Source: Octopus vulgaris (lineage: Eukaryota). Taken from it: 64,000 nt of DNA. Below are positions 53,148 to 64,000 of this stretch, piece by piece. A model generated the notes under the pieces. That model was given only the letters and a program-made list of their open reading frames with translations. It ran no database searches and was not told the origin of the DNA. Numbering within the stretch: position 1 is the stretch's first letter; each line of letters begins with the position of its first letter. The position numbers and the translations under genes are program-made. The stretch is taken from the NCBI GenBank assembly GCA_951406725.2, contig OX597819.1, positions 59,396,001 through 59,460,000 on the forward strand. The letters run 5' to 3'.

Positions 53148-53720
53148 CCTGTGTGGTAAGTAGCTTGCTTACGAACTACATGGTTCCAGGTTCAGTCCCA
53201 CTGTGTGGCACCTTGGGCAAGTGTCTTCTACTATAGTCTGGGGCCAACCAAAGCCTTGTGATTGGATTTGGTAGACAGAAACTGAAAGAAGCCCGTCGTA
53301 TATATGTATATATATATATATATATACAAAATAAGAAAATGGAGAAATACATCTAAATCAAATATCCATTACCAGATAATACTCAATCACATACTTTATT
53401 AAACCACCACATAAGAAACTATAGGGTTAAACATAAAAAAGTTATGTTTAACCCTATAGTTTCTTATGTGGTGGTTTAATAAAGTATGTGATTGAGTACT
53501 ATCTGGTAATTGATATTTGATTTAGATGTATTTCTCCATTTTCTTATTTTGTATTAGGAATTTGTGGTAAATCATTTTACCTTTGCCCATATAATACAGT
53601 AAATGAATTGATTGCATCGCAATCCTTAACATTTATGTATTAACCTTGTTGGGTACTTCACTAGCAGTATATTGGATATATATTATCCCATGGAGGGTTG
53701 CATTTACAACCCCTATCTCA

Positions 53721-53802
<82 letters not shown>

Positions 53803-54030
53803 GTGTGTGTGTATATGTTTGTGTGTCTGTGTTTGTCTCCCCAACATCGCTTGATAACCGATGCTGGTGTGTTTATGTCCTTGTAACTTAGCGGTTTGGC
53901 GAAAGAGACTGATAGAATAAGTACTAGGCTTACAAAGAATAAGTCTTGGGATTGATTTGCTCGACTAAAGGCGCTGCTCCAGCATGGCCACAGTCAAATG
54001 ACTGAAACAAGTAAAAGAGTAAAAAGAGAG
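53148..54030 (+). mobile_element. SINE family A split by a fold-back insertion; SINE B tail (53060-53147, -) abuts its head
   Basis: Head 53148-53300, tail 53820-54030. Confidence 0.8.
53324..53722. mobile_element. Fold-back insertion in the (TA)n of a SINE
   Basis: 113-bp inverted arms (53324-53436/53442-53554, 2 mismatches, 5-nt loop) plus ~170-bp tail. Confidence 0.7.
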
Positions 54031-54234
54031 TAATCAGCTTGTCCAATGTGCTATCAATTCTACTAGATCTCTGTGTTAATACATATATTTATTTACATGT
54101 TTTTGTTACCTAGCACCGTTATGATGTGAGTTGTATAACGTCTGCCACAGTTATTATTGCCATCATAACTATAATCACCAAAAACAAACATTATTGTCAT
54201 CAGCAAATTATTAATTTATTGAAATTATTTCCGT

Positions 54235-54660
54235 ATCGTTGCCAGAGCAGCTAACAAGCTTCCATGCCAGTGGCAAGTAAAAAGCACCATTCGAGCGTGA
54301 TCGTTACCAGCGTCGCTTTACTGGCACTTGTGCTGGTGGCACATGAACAAAACATTTGAGCGAGGTCATTGCCAGTGCTGCTGGACTGACTCCTGTGCAG
54401 GTGGCACGTAAAAAACACCATTTGAGCGTGGCCGTTGCCAGTACCACTTGACTAGCCCTCGTGCAGGTGGCACGTAAAAGCACTCACTACACACTCAGAG
54501 TGGTTGGCGTTAGGAAGGGCATCCAGCTGTAGAAACTCTGCCAGATCAGATTGGAGCCTGGTGCAGCCATCTGGTTTGCTAGTCCTCAGTCAAATCATCC
54601 AACCCATGCTAGCATGGAAAGCGGACGTTAAACGATGATTATGATGATGATGATGATGAC
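54235..54660 (+). mobile_element. RTE 3'-UTR fragment with tandem units
   Basis: Highly similar to 57645-58112. Confidence 0.85.
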
Positions 54661-56329
54661 GACAACGACGATGACGACAATCCATTCTTTGATTTTCCTT
54701 TTCCATCTATTCTCTGCCTTGCAAGACTACTGTAGCCCTTCTAGCAAGGTAGAATATTTTCTCCAGCCATTTTCATAGATTTTTTTTTTTTTTTTTACAC
54801 AGTAGGTGCAGGCATGGCTGTGTGGTTAAGAAACTTGCTTTGTAACCATGTTTTCAGGTTCATTTTCACTGTTCAGCACCTTGGAAAAGCACCTTTTGTC
54901 ATAGCCCCACAGCCAGCTAATGCCTTGTGAGTGAATTTGGTAGATAGAGACTGAGTGAAACCCTGTCAAATATATATATACATATATTTATATAAATACA
55001 TATATATATGTGTGTATATGATGGTGGTGGTATATAGAAATACATTTTAGGTTCTAGCTTTGTATGAATAAACTCAACAAGAGAATATAATGGGAAGGAT
55101 CTGTGAATGGGAAATGACACAATCCTTCTCAATGAAAACAATCAGTTTGTATCTAACAGAGAATTATGAGCAATACAAACTGAGGTATCACATAGCTCTT
55201 ACAATCAGCTGAATAGCATGCCTGACACATGTAACTGACTACTGCAATAAAGATGGAAGATTTCTGTTGAACTGAATCAAAGCAGAAGTTGAAACTTATG
55301 AATGGTGTGAAGTTGCCATCGTCATGAACTCTAACCTTTCTTTATTGAAATTTGAAAGGAAACACTTCATTACTGTTTTTATCATTTATCTCTTTCCGGG
55401 GTTAAATATCTGTCTGCACTGATCCCAACAGGTATACATTGACTTACACCTGAAGCCTTCAAAGTGTATTAGTCATGCTTCACATACAACATCTCCAGAT
55501 AATGGAAATGAGAACATGAGGTTCAATGAGGTAAATGCTTTGTCATGATACAGTCAAGGTGTATTTCATTGCTTTGCACTAACTCCAAGTAATGCGCACA
55601 TTAAACAAGAATATAATATTAAATTGTTGAATTTTATTCTTCTAGACATTTTGGCTTTTTTTGACTATGATGTAAGAAAATGAAAGAAGTAATTTTAAAT
55701 CATACAACTGGATTAATAAGGTAAATTCAATGGATTAATAATGAGGTTTAGAAAGGTTTGTTTTATGGGCTGGTTGAGCTAGCTCCATGGCTAGGAGGGA
55801 TTAACTGTAATCCCAAATGTAATCTGATACTTATCAGATGAGAATTAGTTTTCTAATTACTATTTTTATCAAAATCATATATATATATGGTATTGCAAAA
55901 TAAAATATGGCTATCCAAACTGTTGAAAAACAATTAAAATAAATAGCAATTGTTCGACTAATTATTAAATGAGAATTGACCAAACCAGTAAAATGTTAGA
56001 CAAAATTCCTTGCAATATTTACTTAGGTTTATATATATTCTGAGTTCAAATCCTGCCAAGGTCAATTTTGCTTTTTAACCTTTGAAAATCAATGAAACAA
56101 AATACTCGTCAATTAGTAGATTCAATTTAATCAACTGTTGCCTCCTTCCAAATATGTCTGGCCTAGTGCCAGAGTTAGAAATCAATATAGTAAATGAAAA
56201 CAGAAGGTAGCGGGTGTCAGAAGATCAAACTATATACTTCACAGTATTTAGTTTTGATTCTTCTATTGATTGTTCGGATTTAATCAGTTGACAATATTTT
56301 TTGTAGTCCTCAATCAAGTCTGGGACTTA

Positions 56330-56733
56330 TACTCTTTTACCTTTCAGTCATTTGATTGTGGCCATGCTGGAGCACCACTTTTAGTCGAGCAAATCAACCC
56401 CAGGGCTTATTCTTTGTAAGCCTAGTACTTATTCTATTGTCTCTTTCTTTTGCTGAACCGGTAAGTTACAGGGACGTAAACACACCAGCATCGGTTGTCA
56501 AGCAATGTTGGATGGGGTGGGGGACAAACACAGACACACAAACATATACACACACACACATATATATATATGATGGGCTTCTTACAGTTTCCATCTACCA
56601 AATCCACTCACAAGGCTTTGGATGGCCAAAGCTGTAATAGAAGACATTTGCCCAAGATGCCATGCAGTGGGACTGAACCCAGAACCATGTGGTTAGTAAG
56701 CAAGCTACTTACCACGTAGCTCTTCCTGTGCCT
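56330..56733 (-). mobile_element. SINE family A, full length
   Basis: Family match. Confidence 0.85.
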
Positions 56734-56949
56734 ATGATCAAAACCTCTGCATCCCATCCATTCTAGGCATAATGTATCTAAGATGATATTGTTCTGTGTA
56801 TCCTTCCAATTTTTTAAGTTAGTAGGATGTGATCAGCTAATATTGTCTGCACTGTTTTTTGTGCTTGTGTGAGCATGCGTATTAACATGGGTGGAAAGTC
56901 TCAAATTTGAACATTTGCAAACTGTTAGAACAATTGACTTTAAAGCTTG

Positions 56950-57150
56950 ATGTCATTCTTATAACCTGTCATCATGATTCATATACCTGCAATGCATTAA
57001 TGGACACAACAGAAGTCTTCCTGACTAAGTGTGAGTTCTCCAGCTGCCTTGCCACTCTTGTCCAACCAGCTCTTGATATTGCCCATCCACTGCGTTCTTT
57101 GCCTGTCTCTTGATCTATTACACTCTACTCTTCCTTCCATGGTAATGTTT
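56950..57150 (-). mobile_element. RTE C-terminal fragment
   Basis: MEGRVE.NRSR.RQRTQWM.NIKSW. Confidence 0.55.
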
Positions 57151-57632
57151 TCAGTTCTTTGGGATACAAAAGGCAGTTCATTGACTATCTTCAAAAGGGC
57201 CAAACCATCAAAGGAGAGTATGATGCCAACTTGCTGAGGCAGTTATGAAAATCTGAAGGGGTTTTGTTTCATCAGGACAATATTCCAGCACACAAGTCCT
57301 TGGTTTCAATGGCTGATTTGCATGACTGGGGCTCTGACCTGGTCAATTACCTGCCCCTACCCTTATTCTCCTGATTTTTCCCCCATCTGACTATCATCCT
57401 ACATAATAAAAAAAATCCCCACTTGGCTGGAAACCAGTATTGTAGTGATGATGACATTATATCTGCTGTTGATGACTTTTTTATACCAAGAGGATGAAAG
57501 TTTCTTCACTAATGGGATCGAAACACTGCAACATTGGTCGCAGAAGTGAGCAGACTGCTTTATAAACCATATTTGGTCACATTTCATGAGAGTATCTTCG
57601 TCAGCCTATGAACTTTTCAGCTGATCCTCATA
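57139..57632 (+). mobile_element. Mariner transposase remnant with right end
   Basis: VLWD.KG, YLQKGQTI, LFHQDN.PAHKS, PYSPD..PSDYH motifs; end gaacttttcagc..cctc-ata resembles the TIR of the 6839/7719 MITEs. Confidence 0.8.
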
Positions 57633-57644
57633 TATTGACCCAAA

Positions 57645-58112
57645 TTCGATGACTGGCACCCGTGCCTGTAGAGCGCTAACAGCTCCATCCGAGCGGGATC
57701 ACTGCTAGAGCAGCTGCCTGGCTTCCGTGCCGGTGGCACGTAAAAAGCACCATTTGAGCGTGATCGTTACCAGTGTCGCCTTACTGGCACTTGTGCCGGT
57801 GGTACGTGAACAAAACATTCGAGTGAGGTCGTTGCCAGTGCCTCTGGACTGGCTCCTGTGCAGGTGGCACGTAAAAAACACCATTTGAGCGTGGCCGTTG
57901 CCAGTACCGCCCGACTGGCCCTCGTGCCGGTGGCACGTAAAAGCACCCACTACACTCTCGGAGTGGTTGGCATTAGGAAGGGCATCCAGCTGTAGAAACT
58001 CTGCCAGATCAGACTGGAGCCTGGTGCAGCCATCTGGTTCGTCAGTCCTCAGTCAAATCGTCCAACCCATGCCAGCATGGAAAGCGGACGTTAAATGATG
58101 ATGATGATGATG
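57645..58112 (+). mobile_element. RTE 3'-UTR fragment with tandem units
   Basis: Family match, CpGs retained (young). Confidence 0.85.
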
Positions 58113-58615
58113 TCTCTGTGTGTCTTTGTGTCTGTGTCTGCCCCTTCCACTGCCTGACAGCCAGTGTTGGTTTGTTTATATCCCCGTAACTTTGCAGTTA
58201 AGCAATACAAACTGATAAAATAAATACCAGACATTAGAAATACTTACTCGAGTCCATTTGTTAGACTAAACGTTTCAAGGCAGTGCCTCAGCATGGCCGT
58301 GGTCCAGTAACTGGACCAAGTTAAAGTTAGAAAGGCAAAAGGCATACAGATGTTTCTGAGCTCAAGTATTTTGTTGTATAATGAAAATCGCATTCATTTT
58401 TTTCTAATAAGGGAGTTACGTCGAGGTACGAAATTTGGAAGAAAAAAATCTGATTTTTTTTTTACTTTAAATATACTCTATTTCTTTTATTTGTTTCAGT
58501 CATCTTGACTTCGGCCAGGCTGGAGCACTGCCTTTAGTCGAATAAATAGACCCCAGGACTTATTCTATCGGTCTCTTTTGCCGCTTGTCAAACGATGGTG
58601 CAAGGACAAACCCAG

Positions 58616-58646
<31 letters not shown>

Positions 58647-58649
58647 AAC

Positions 58650-58903
58650 AAAACAATTGCAGCGTGGAAGGTGTTTATAAGAAACACACAAAAACCGTTA
58701 GATTCACTTCAACATTTAAATTAAATTTGTCAAAATATTTTCGTCGCTATGAGACCGCGACCTGTTCACTGACAAAACTTGAAGTGAATCTAACGGCTTT
58801 TGTGTGCTTCTTAAATGGCTTATAAACACCTTCCACGCTGCAATTGTTTTCGTTCCAGCACACGATCTCAGATCAAGTCACTCGCTATACAAGTAAATCT
58901 CCG
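58650..58903. mobile_element. Fold-back element family H1, copy 3, inside a SINE microsatellite
   Basis: Same arms and tail; flanked by (TA)n on both sides. Confidence 0.65.
58726..58776 (-). ncRNA. Variant minimal type I hammerhead motif (G3:C8 core)
   Basis: uuuguca-GUGAACA-g gucgc(ggucucaua)gcgac-GAAA(auau)U U-ugacaaa: stem I 7 bp, stem II 5 bp, 1-bp stem III with palindromic loop. Confidence 0.55.
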
Positions 58904-58944
<41 letters not shown>

Positions 58945-59043
58945 TATAATATATATATAATATGTATAATATACATACATATATATATAATATATATGAT
59001 ACATATATAATATATATATATATATATACATACATATATACAT

Positions 59044-59089
<46 letters not shown>

Positions 59090-59679
59090 ATGTATGTATG
59101 TTTTTACATACGACGGGCGTGCCACGAAGTGGGACTGAACCCAGAACCATGTGGTTGGTAAGCAAGCTACTTATCACACAGCCTCTATGTGGATAAATAA
59201 CTTATAATAAACAGTTAGAAAAAATTTATAACAAGATCCCTCGGAGAGTTAAAACAATGACCCTGTTGAATTCTGGAACTTAATTTCATTTTTAAATCTT
59301 TAATTAATTCGAAGAGAAAAACAACATATAACCTTCACAGGTCCTCTTAGATATTTTAATACAGGTTGATGTAAAGAGGGAAATCATTAGCAGAAAAGGC
59401 ATTCCAAAGTGTGAATGTTCGAGGGAGAAAAAGCACGTTGTGCTAAGTATTTTGTTATACAGCATTTCACGGTGTTTATAACCTTATAAGTCTACACCAC
59501 GTGTGTGAGTTTTTTTCTTCTTTATTGTTCCTAGCACTGTTTACTACTTCGTCTTGAATTATAGCAAGCAGCAGTACAGATATAACGGTTCATTTATCTC
59601 ATTCAGTGTATTGTTGTTGTTCTTGTGTATGTGTGTGTGTGTGAATGTATGTGTTACAGGCATTATTTCGATAGCCACG

Positions 59680-59711
<32 letters not shown>

Positions 59712-60892
59712 CTGTATGAAATTGATTACAACTCATTAATAAATAACAGTACTACTACCATTACCATCATAAGTACCACTATTAGTATTCCCTCACCACC
59801 GTCGTCGTCACCAGCACCGCCAACTCTATCGCAGAGGCCATCTGCTGCTTCAATTACCACCGTAAACAACAACACTACCACCGTGACTACTTCCTCCCTC
59901 CACTTCCACCATGTCTATTTCCTTATCACTCCTACCACTACTCACTGTCAGCACTCCCGCCATTATAACTGCTACCATGTTGGGACTTTCGCGCTACGAC
60001 TACAATCACTACTACTGATGATGATTATGATGATGATGACGACGACCATGGTGGTGATGGTTGTGGTGGGAGTGGTGACGGCGGTAACAATGCATCCACA
60101 GCCACCGTCTGCAGGAGCCAAAAGAAGGATCCTCTAAGTCAATGCTTGACCTGCTTGAAAAAACGGCCTAATTTACCTCTTAAATTGCGTTCTATTATCT
60201 TTATTAAAAAAAACCCATATGAAAGTCTTGAAATGTCTTTGATCATCGGTCTGTTCAACCAGGGTTTACTTATGCCTAAATCACTAACCACCACCACAGC
60301 CACCCCCACCATCGTCCACCAGTATCACCTGAGAAAGCCTCTATGTGGTTCTCGTCCTGCTAGAAATAGCAGCTAAATCACCCTCAACCCAATCGTTTTA
60401 CGTAGTGAAGGGGGGGGGGCATATTTTGGATCACGTGCTCCTATGATCCTTGCACACTGGGAAAGAGATATGATGATCACAGCTAGAGTACCTTCGTTCA
60501 TAGATAGGTCTGCTCGACCAAAGCTGACCTGGGAGCTCGACCTGGGCTGACAACAACTACGACCTCCACCACCATAACATCTTCAAGCTACCAGTTCTGT
60601 CACTATTAGTACTCCTATTGTAGCCATCTTTCTGACCAATTGATAAACAGACAGAAGAGAAGGAAGTAGTTCTGATTTCCACTATTCCCAGACAAGCAAT
60701 AATATATATCCATCATCCTTTGTCATAAGGTGTGTGGGTCAGGATGGACTATATCACTGGTCTGCACGTGTTTGTGTGTATATGCATTTGTCTTTATATG
60801 GCTGTGTGTGTGCATTTTTATATTCATATATATCTCTGTGTCAATGTTTATCTGAATGTGTGTTTTTGTCTGGTCTGGTTGTATGTATAGCT

Positions 60893-61119
60893 ATAGTTAT
60901 CCCGCGACTATCGCGGTGTTACGATCCAGAACCCGCCACTATATGTAAAAATCCGCGAAGTAGAAACAGCGCTGTAAATATATATATATATATATATACA
61001 CAGTGCTGTCAAATTTTTATAATTTGTCTATATTTTATTATAAATGCAAAAGAACAACACCACAGAGGTATCGACGTAAGTTTAAATAATAAACCGCAAT
61101 ATAGCGAGGGATTACTGTA
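60893..61119. mobile_element. pogo/Tigger-like MITE
   Basis: Right end reads TA-cagtaatccctcgctatattgcgg on minus strand; left end tagttatcccgcgactatcgcgg is a degenerate match. Confidence 0.6.
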
Positions 61120-61700
61120 TATCTATGCCTGTACCCATCTATATGTGTTTGTATGTGTATATTTGTATCTATGTTTATCAATACTTATCTATATGTGAAT
61201 GTCTGCTTGTATCTCTATGTGTATCTATCTTTATATGTCTATGTGCGACTGTCTGTATATGTTAGTTCTGTGCCTCTGTTTATATGTATATGTGTGCATG
61301 TGTTTTATCTATGCGTGTATATCTGTGTACATATGTATGCATATGTGTCTGTGTATCTCTATACACGTGGACGTCTGAATTCGTGTGGCTGTACGTCTGT
61401 GTTTGTTCATCTATATATGTATGTGTATGTGAATATATTTCCATACGTTTGTTGGCATACATATCTATGCTTGCTTGAGTATGTACACATGTACGTGTGG
61501 GTCTATCTTTATGTATATGTCATTGTAGTTGTATCTGTTTATGTTTGTTTACATATCTGTATCTTTATATATATATTTGTATATACGCGTACGCATCAAT
61601 ATTTGCATATATGTTAATGTGCTTCTGTGCATGCCTTTGTTTATATGTTTATGTGGTGTCTCATTGGTTGCTTATCTGTATGGATACAAGCATGACTGGG
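61120..61700. repeat. Degenerate TG/TA low-complexity tract
   Basis: Direct reading. Confidence 0.85.
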
Positions 61701-62154
61701 TAATGAAGACGTGTTTGCTTCACTATCAGGAGATAATAAGTTCAATCCTACAGTATGACATCTTTGGCAAATGTCTTCTACAATAGCCCCAGACTAACCA
61801 ATTCCTTGTGAGTGAATCTGATAAGCAAAAAACTGTGTGAAAGCCAGTTACGCGCACGCATACATAATACATACATACATACATGCATACATATATATGT
61901 GTGTGTGTGCATGTATGTATGTATGCATTGTTATATTATGCTTTAAATTTCGATCTAGAGCAATCCAGAGGAAAATGTAATTTTCACCAGCTATGTAAAC
62001 CCGCTATTCTTCAGCCTGTAACTAGTTTGATAAGTGTCAACGTATGAAACTCTGGGACCTTGAGTCACTCTGTTGCTTCTAAAGAATAAAACAAATATAC
62101 ATATACTCATATACTCCTAGTTTGAGTTCTATTCTTTCTGTTTGCATCACCATA

Positions 62155-62195
<41 letters not shown>

Positions 62196-62196
<1 letters not shown>

Positions 62197-62391
62197 GGTC
62201 CCGTGTTGAGTTGGGGTTAACCACAGTAAATAAGGTACTCAATACATAGCAGAGTAAATTAATTTATTTTATAGAAGGAGCTTCTACAGGACTAGAACTG
62301 TTTCATTCAAAAGAAATCATCAGGAAGCTTCCTGATGATTTCTTTTGAATGAAACAGTTCTAGTCCTGTAGAAGCTCCTTCTATAAAATAA

Positions 62392-62393
<2 letters not shown>
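62196..62393. mobile_element. Fold-back insertion with perfect 132-bp palindrome (PLE pLTR-like)
   Basis: Palindrome 62262-62393 centred on AAG|CTT; (TA)n on both sides; hammerhead core. Confidence 0.7.
62326..62376 (+). ncRNA. Type I hammerhead ribozyme motif (mirror copy on - strand because of the palindrome)
   Basis: agcuuc-CUGAUGA-u uuc(uuuu)gaa u-GAAA cag(uucuaguc)cug U A-gaagcu: stem I 6 bp, stem III 4 bp, GUA cleavage triplet; stem II short with a U.U closing pair. Confidence 0.7.
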
Positions 62394-62424
<31 letters not shown>

Positions 62425-64000
62425 TATAATCATACATATACATATATATATACATATATATAATCATGCCAATGACCTATAATCCTTTAAGGGATGTTTG
62501 CATCCTAGTTCTCCAGTGTTCATTGAAAACTAAATACTTTAGTTTTGCATTGATGTATATTGGTATTTAAAATATTTATGAATGAGAAAAAAAGAAGAAA
62601 ATGGAGAAACTGATATATAGACATCAGTTTGTTCAAAGATATTCAAATCAATATAATATGAAATTCTTATCCCTACAGCCGTTTCCATATCCAATTAATT
62701 CAATTAGAGAAATTGAATTAATTTAAAATTTTCGTATTGAAATTGATTAATTTTCGTAGGGTGGGGGTGGTTTTCCAGAAAGGAGTTACATTCTGATGTG
62801 TTGGCCGATGGTGATGATGTTGATGATGACAATGATGCTGATGATGATGATGATGATATTTGTGTACTACTTCTACAACAGCCTCTGCACCTCACACCTA
62901 GCTAGTTGTTTACTATCTTGATCCAAGCCCATTCAAAAAAAGCCTCTGTCTCCCCTTCCTATCACATCTAATAACTCCTGTCTGGCCCCTGTATTAACTG
63001 CTGCATTTAATCCTTCTTCTCCAAAACATCAACCTTCTTCAACTCAATCTCCAGCTCTGTGTCTTTCCTGAAGATGTAGACTTACAGATGTCCAATCTAA
63101 ACATAAACCACACCTATCTTGCCAATCTCAGAATGCCGGCAAAGGTCACGAGCACTGCTCCTTATGCCTGACAAAATCTAAATAGGAATTGCATCAGTGT
63201 GTGTACATGACTGTATGTAATTTTTTATGTTAGTGTTTGTAAATCTACATTTCTGTATGTGCGTGTGTGTGTGTGTGTGTGCGTGATTATGTGTGGGTGT
63301 CTACATGCATATTCATCTTTATGTTTGTCTTTATTTGCGCTAGGTGTGTATGCATGTGTTAATGTGTGTGAGTCAATGTACTTACAAAAACATGCCCGTG
63401 TTTATTTGTCTGTGTTTGAATATATATTTATTCATGTTAAAACATTTAGATAGCAATACATGCACACACACGCACATACACACACAAATTTATGTCTGGC
63501 CCCTGCCCATCTATACCCGCCATGCCACCCCACCTTGCCTATACTGTCTATTCTATACCCTCATATCTCACTAAAATCTCTTCCACTCGCCATACCATGC
63601 CACTCTTAAACTAAGAGAAAAGCATTCAATCTGTGCACCCCCCCTTCTTCCACCACCCACATCTCGCTACTCCTCTTTCTTCTATCTTTTCAAATCATGA
63701 TACTTGAATGAAGAAGAATTGCATCATATCTATCAGTATCTCATAAATGCCACCCACTTCCCTTCCTTAACTGCACATCGCCATCTCCACCATTGCCTCT
63801 TCTCTCTCAGGCCATCTATAATTCGCTCTCCTTCCATTACCATCTTGAGTAACCAACACCCCTGCTCCCTACTCATTTCTAAATCACTGGCCTCTATTCC
63901 CTCTCCCTCAAATCTCTCTTTATTGACATCCAACACACTCTCTAATGACTGACCATTCCTACATTTACCCATCACTCACTCTTATTAATGTCCATTCCTA

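Larger units (their letters stand above)
58480..59185 (-). mobile_element. SINE family A with deletions, split by H1 copy 3
   Basis: Tail 58480-58620, head 59118-59185. Confidence 0.7.

Noticed and set aside
59625-60137. 170-aa Thr/Ser/Pro-rich ORF
   Set aside because: Made of degenerate trinucleotide repeats; no convincing splice sites or domain

Overview
AT-rich, repeat-dense eukaryotic genomic DNA. The SINE/RTE repertoire and microsatellite load suggest a coleoid cephalopod, probably Octopus (inference). One complete host gene is supported: KLHDC4 (kelch domain-containing protein 4) on the + strand. It has 13 coding exons from ATG 11005 to TGA 40564, all GT-AG and phase-compatible, giving 1782 nt / 593 aa with a C-terminal DUF4110-like segment. 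A candidate first coding exon of a divergent gene lies at 10140-10161 (-). The rest is mostly transposon debris: tRNA-headed SINEs, RTE/CR1/Tx1 LINE fragments, mariner, pogo, hAT and piggyBac MITEs, Helitron/Helentron elements, and microsatellites. The most unusual signal is a set of at least 8 fold-back (hairpin) insertions from several unrelated families, mostly in (TA)n tracts, with the architecture of Penelope-like element (PLE) pLTR remnants. Several carry hammerhead-ribozyme folds. One is a canonical-core type I hammerhead inside a perfect 132-bp palindrome (62262-62393). Another is a three-copy family whose core reads GUGAACA instead of CUGANGA, i.e. a reciprocal G3:C8 swap of the conserved tertiary pair. 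All calls are by eye and none were database-verified.
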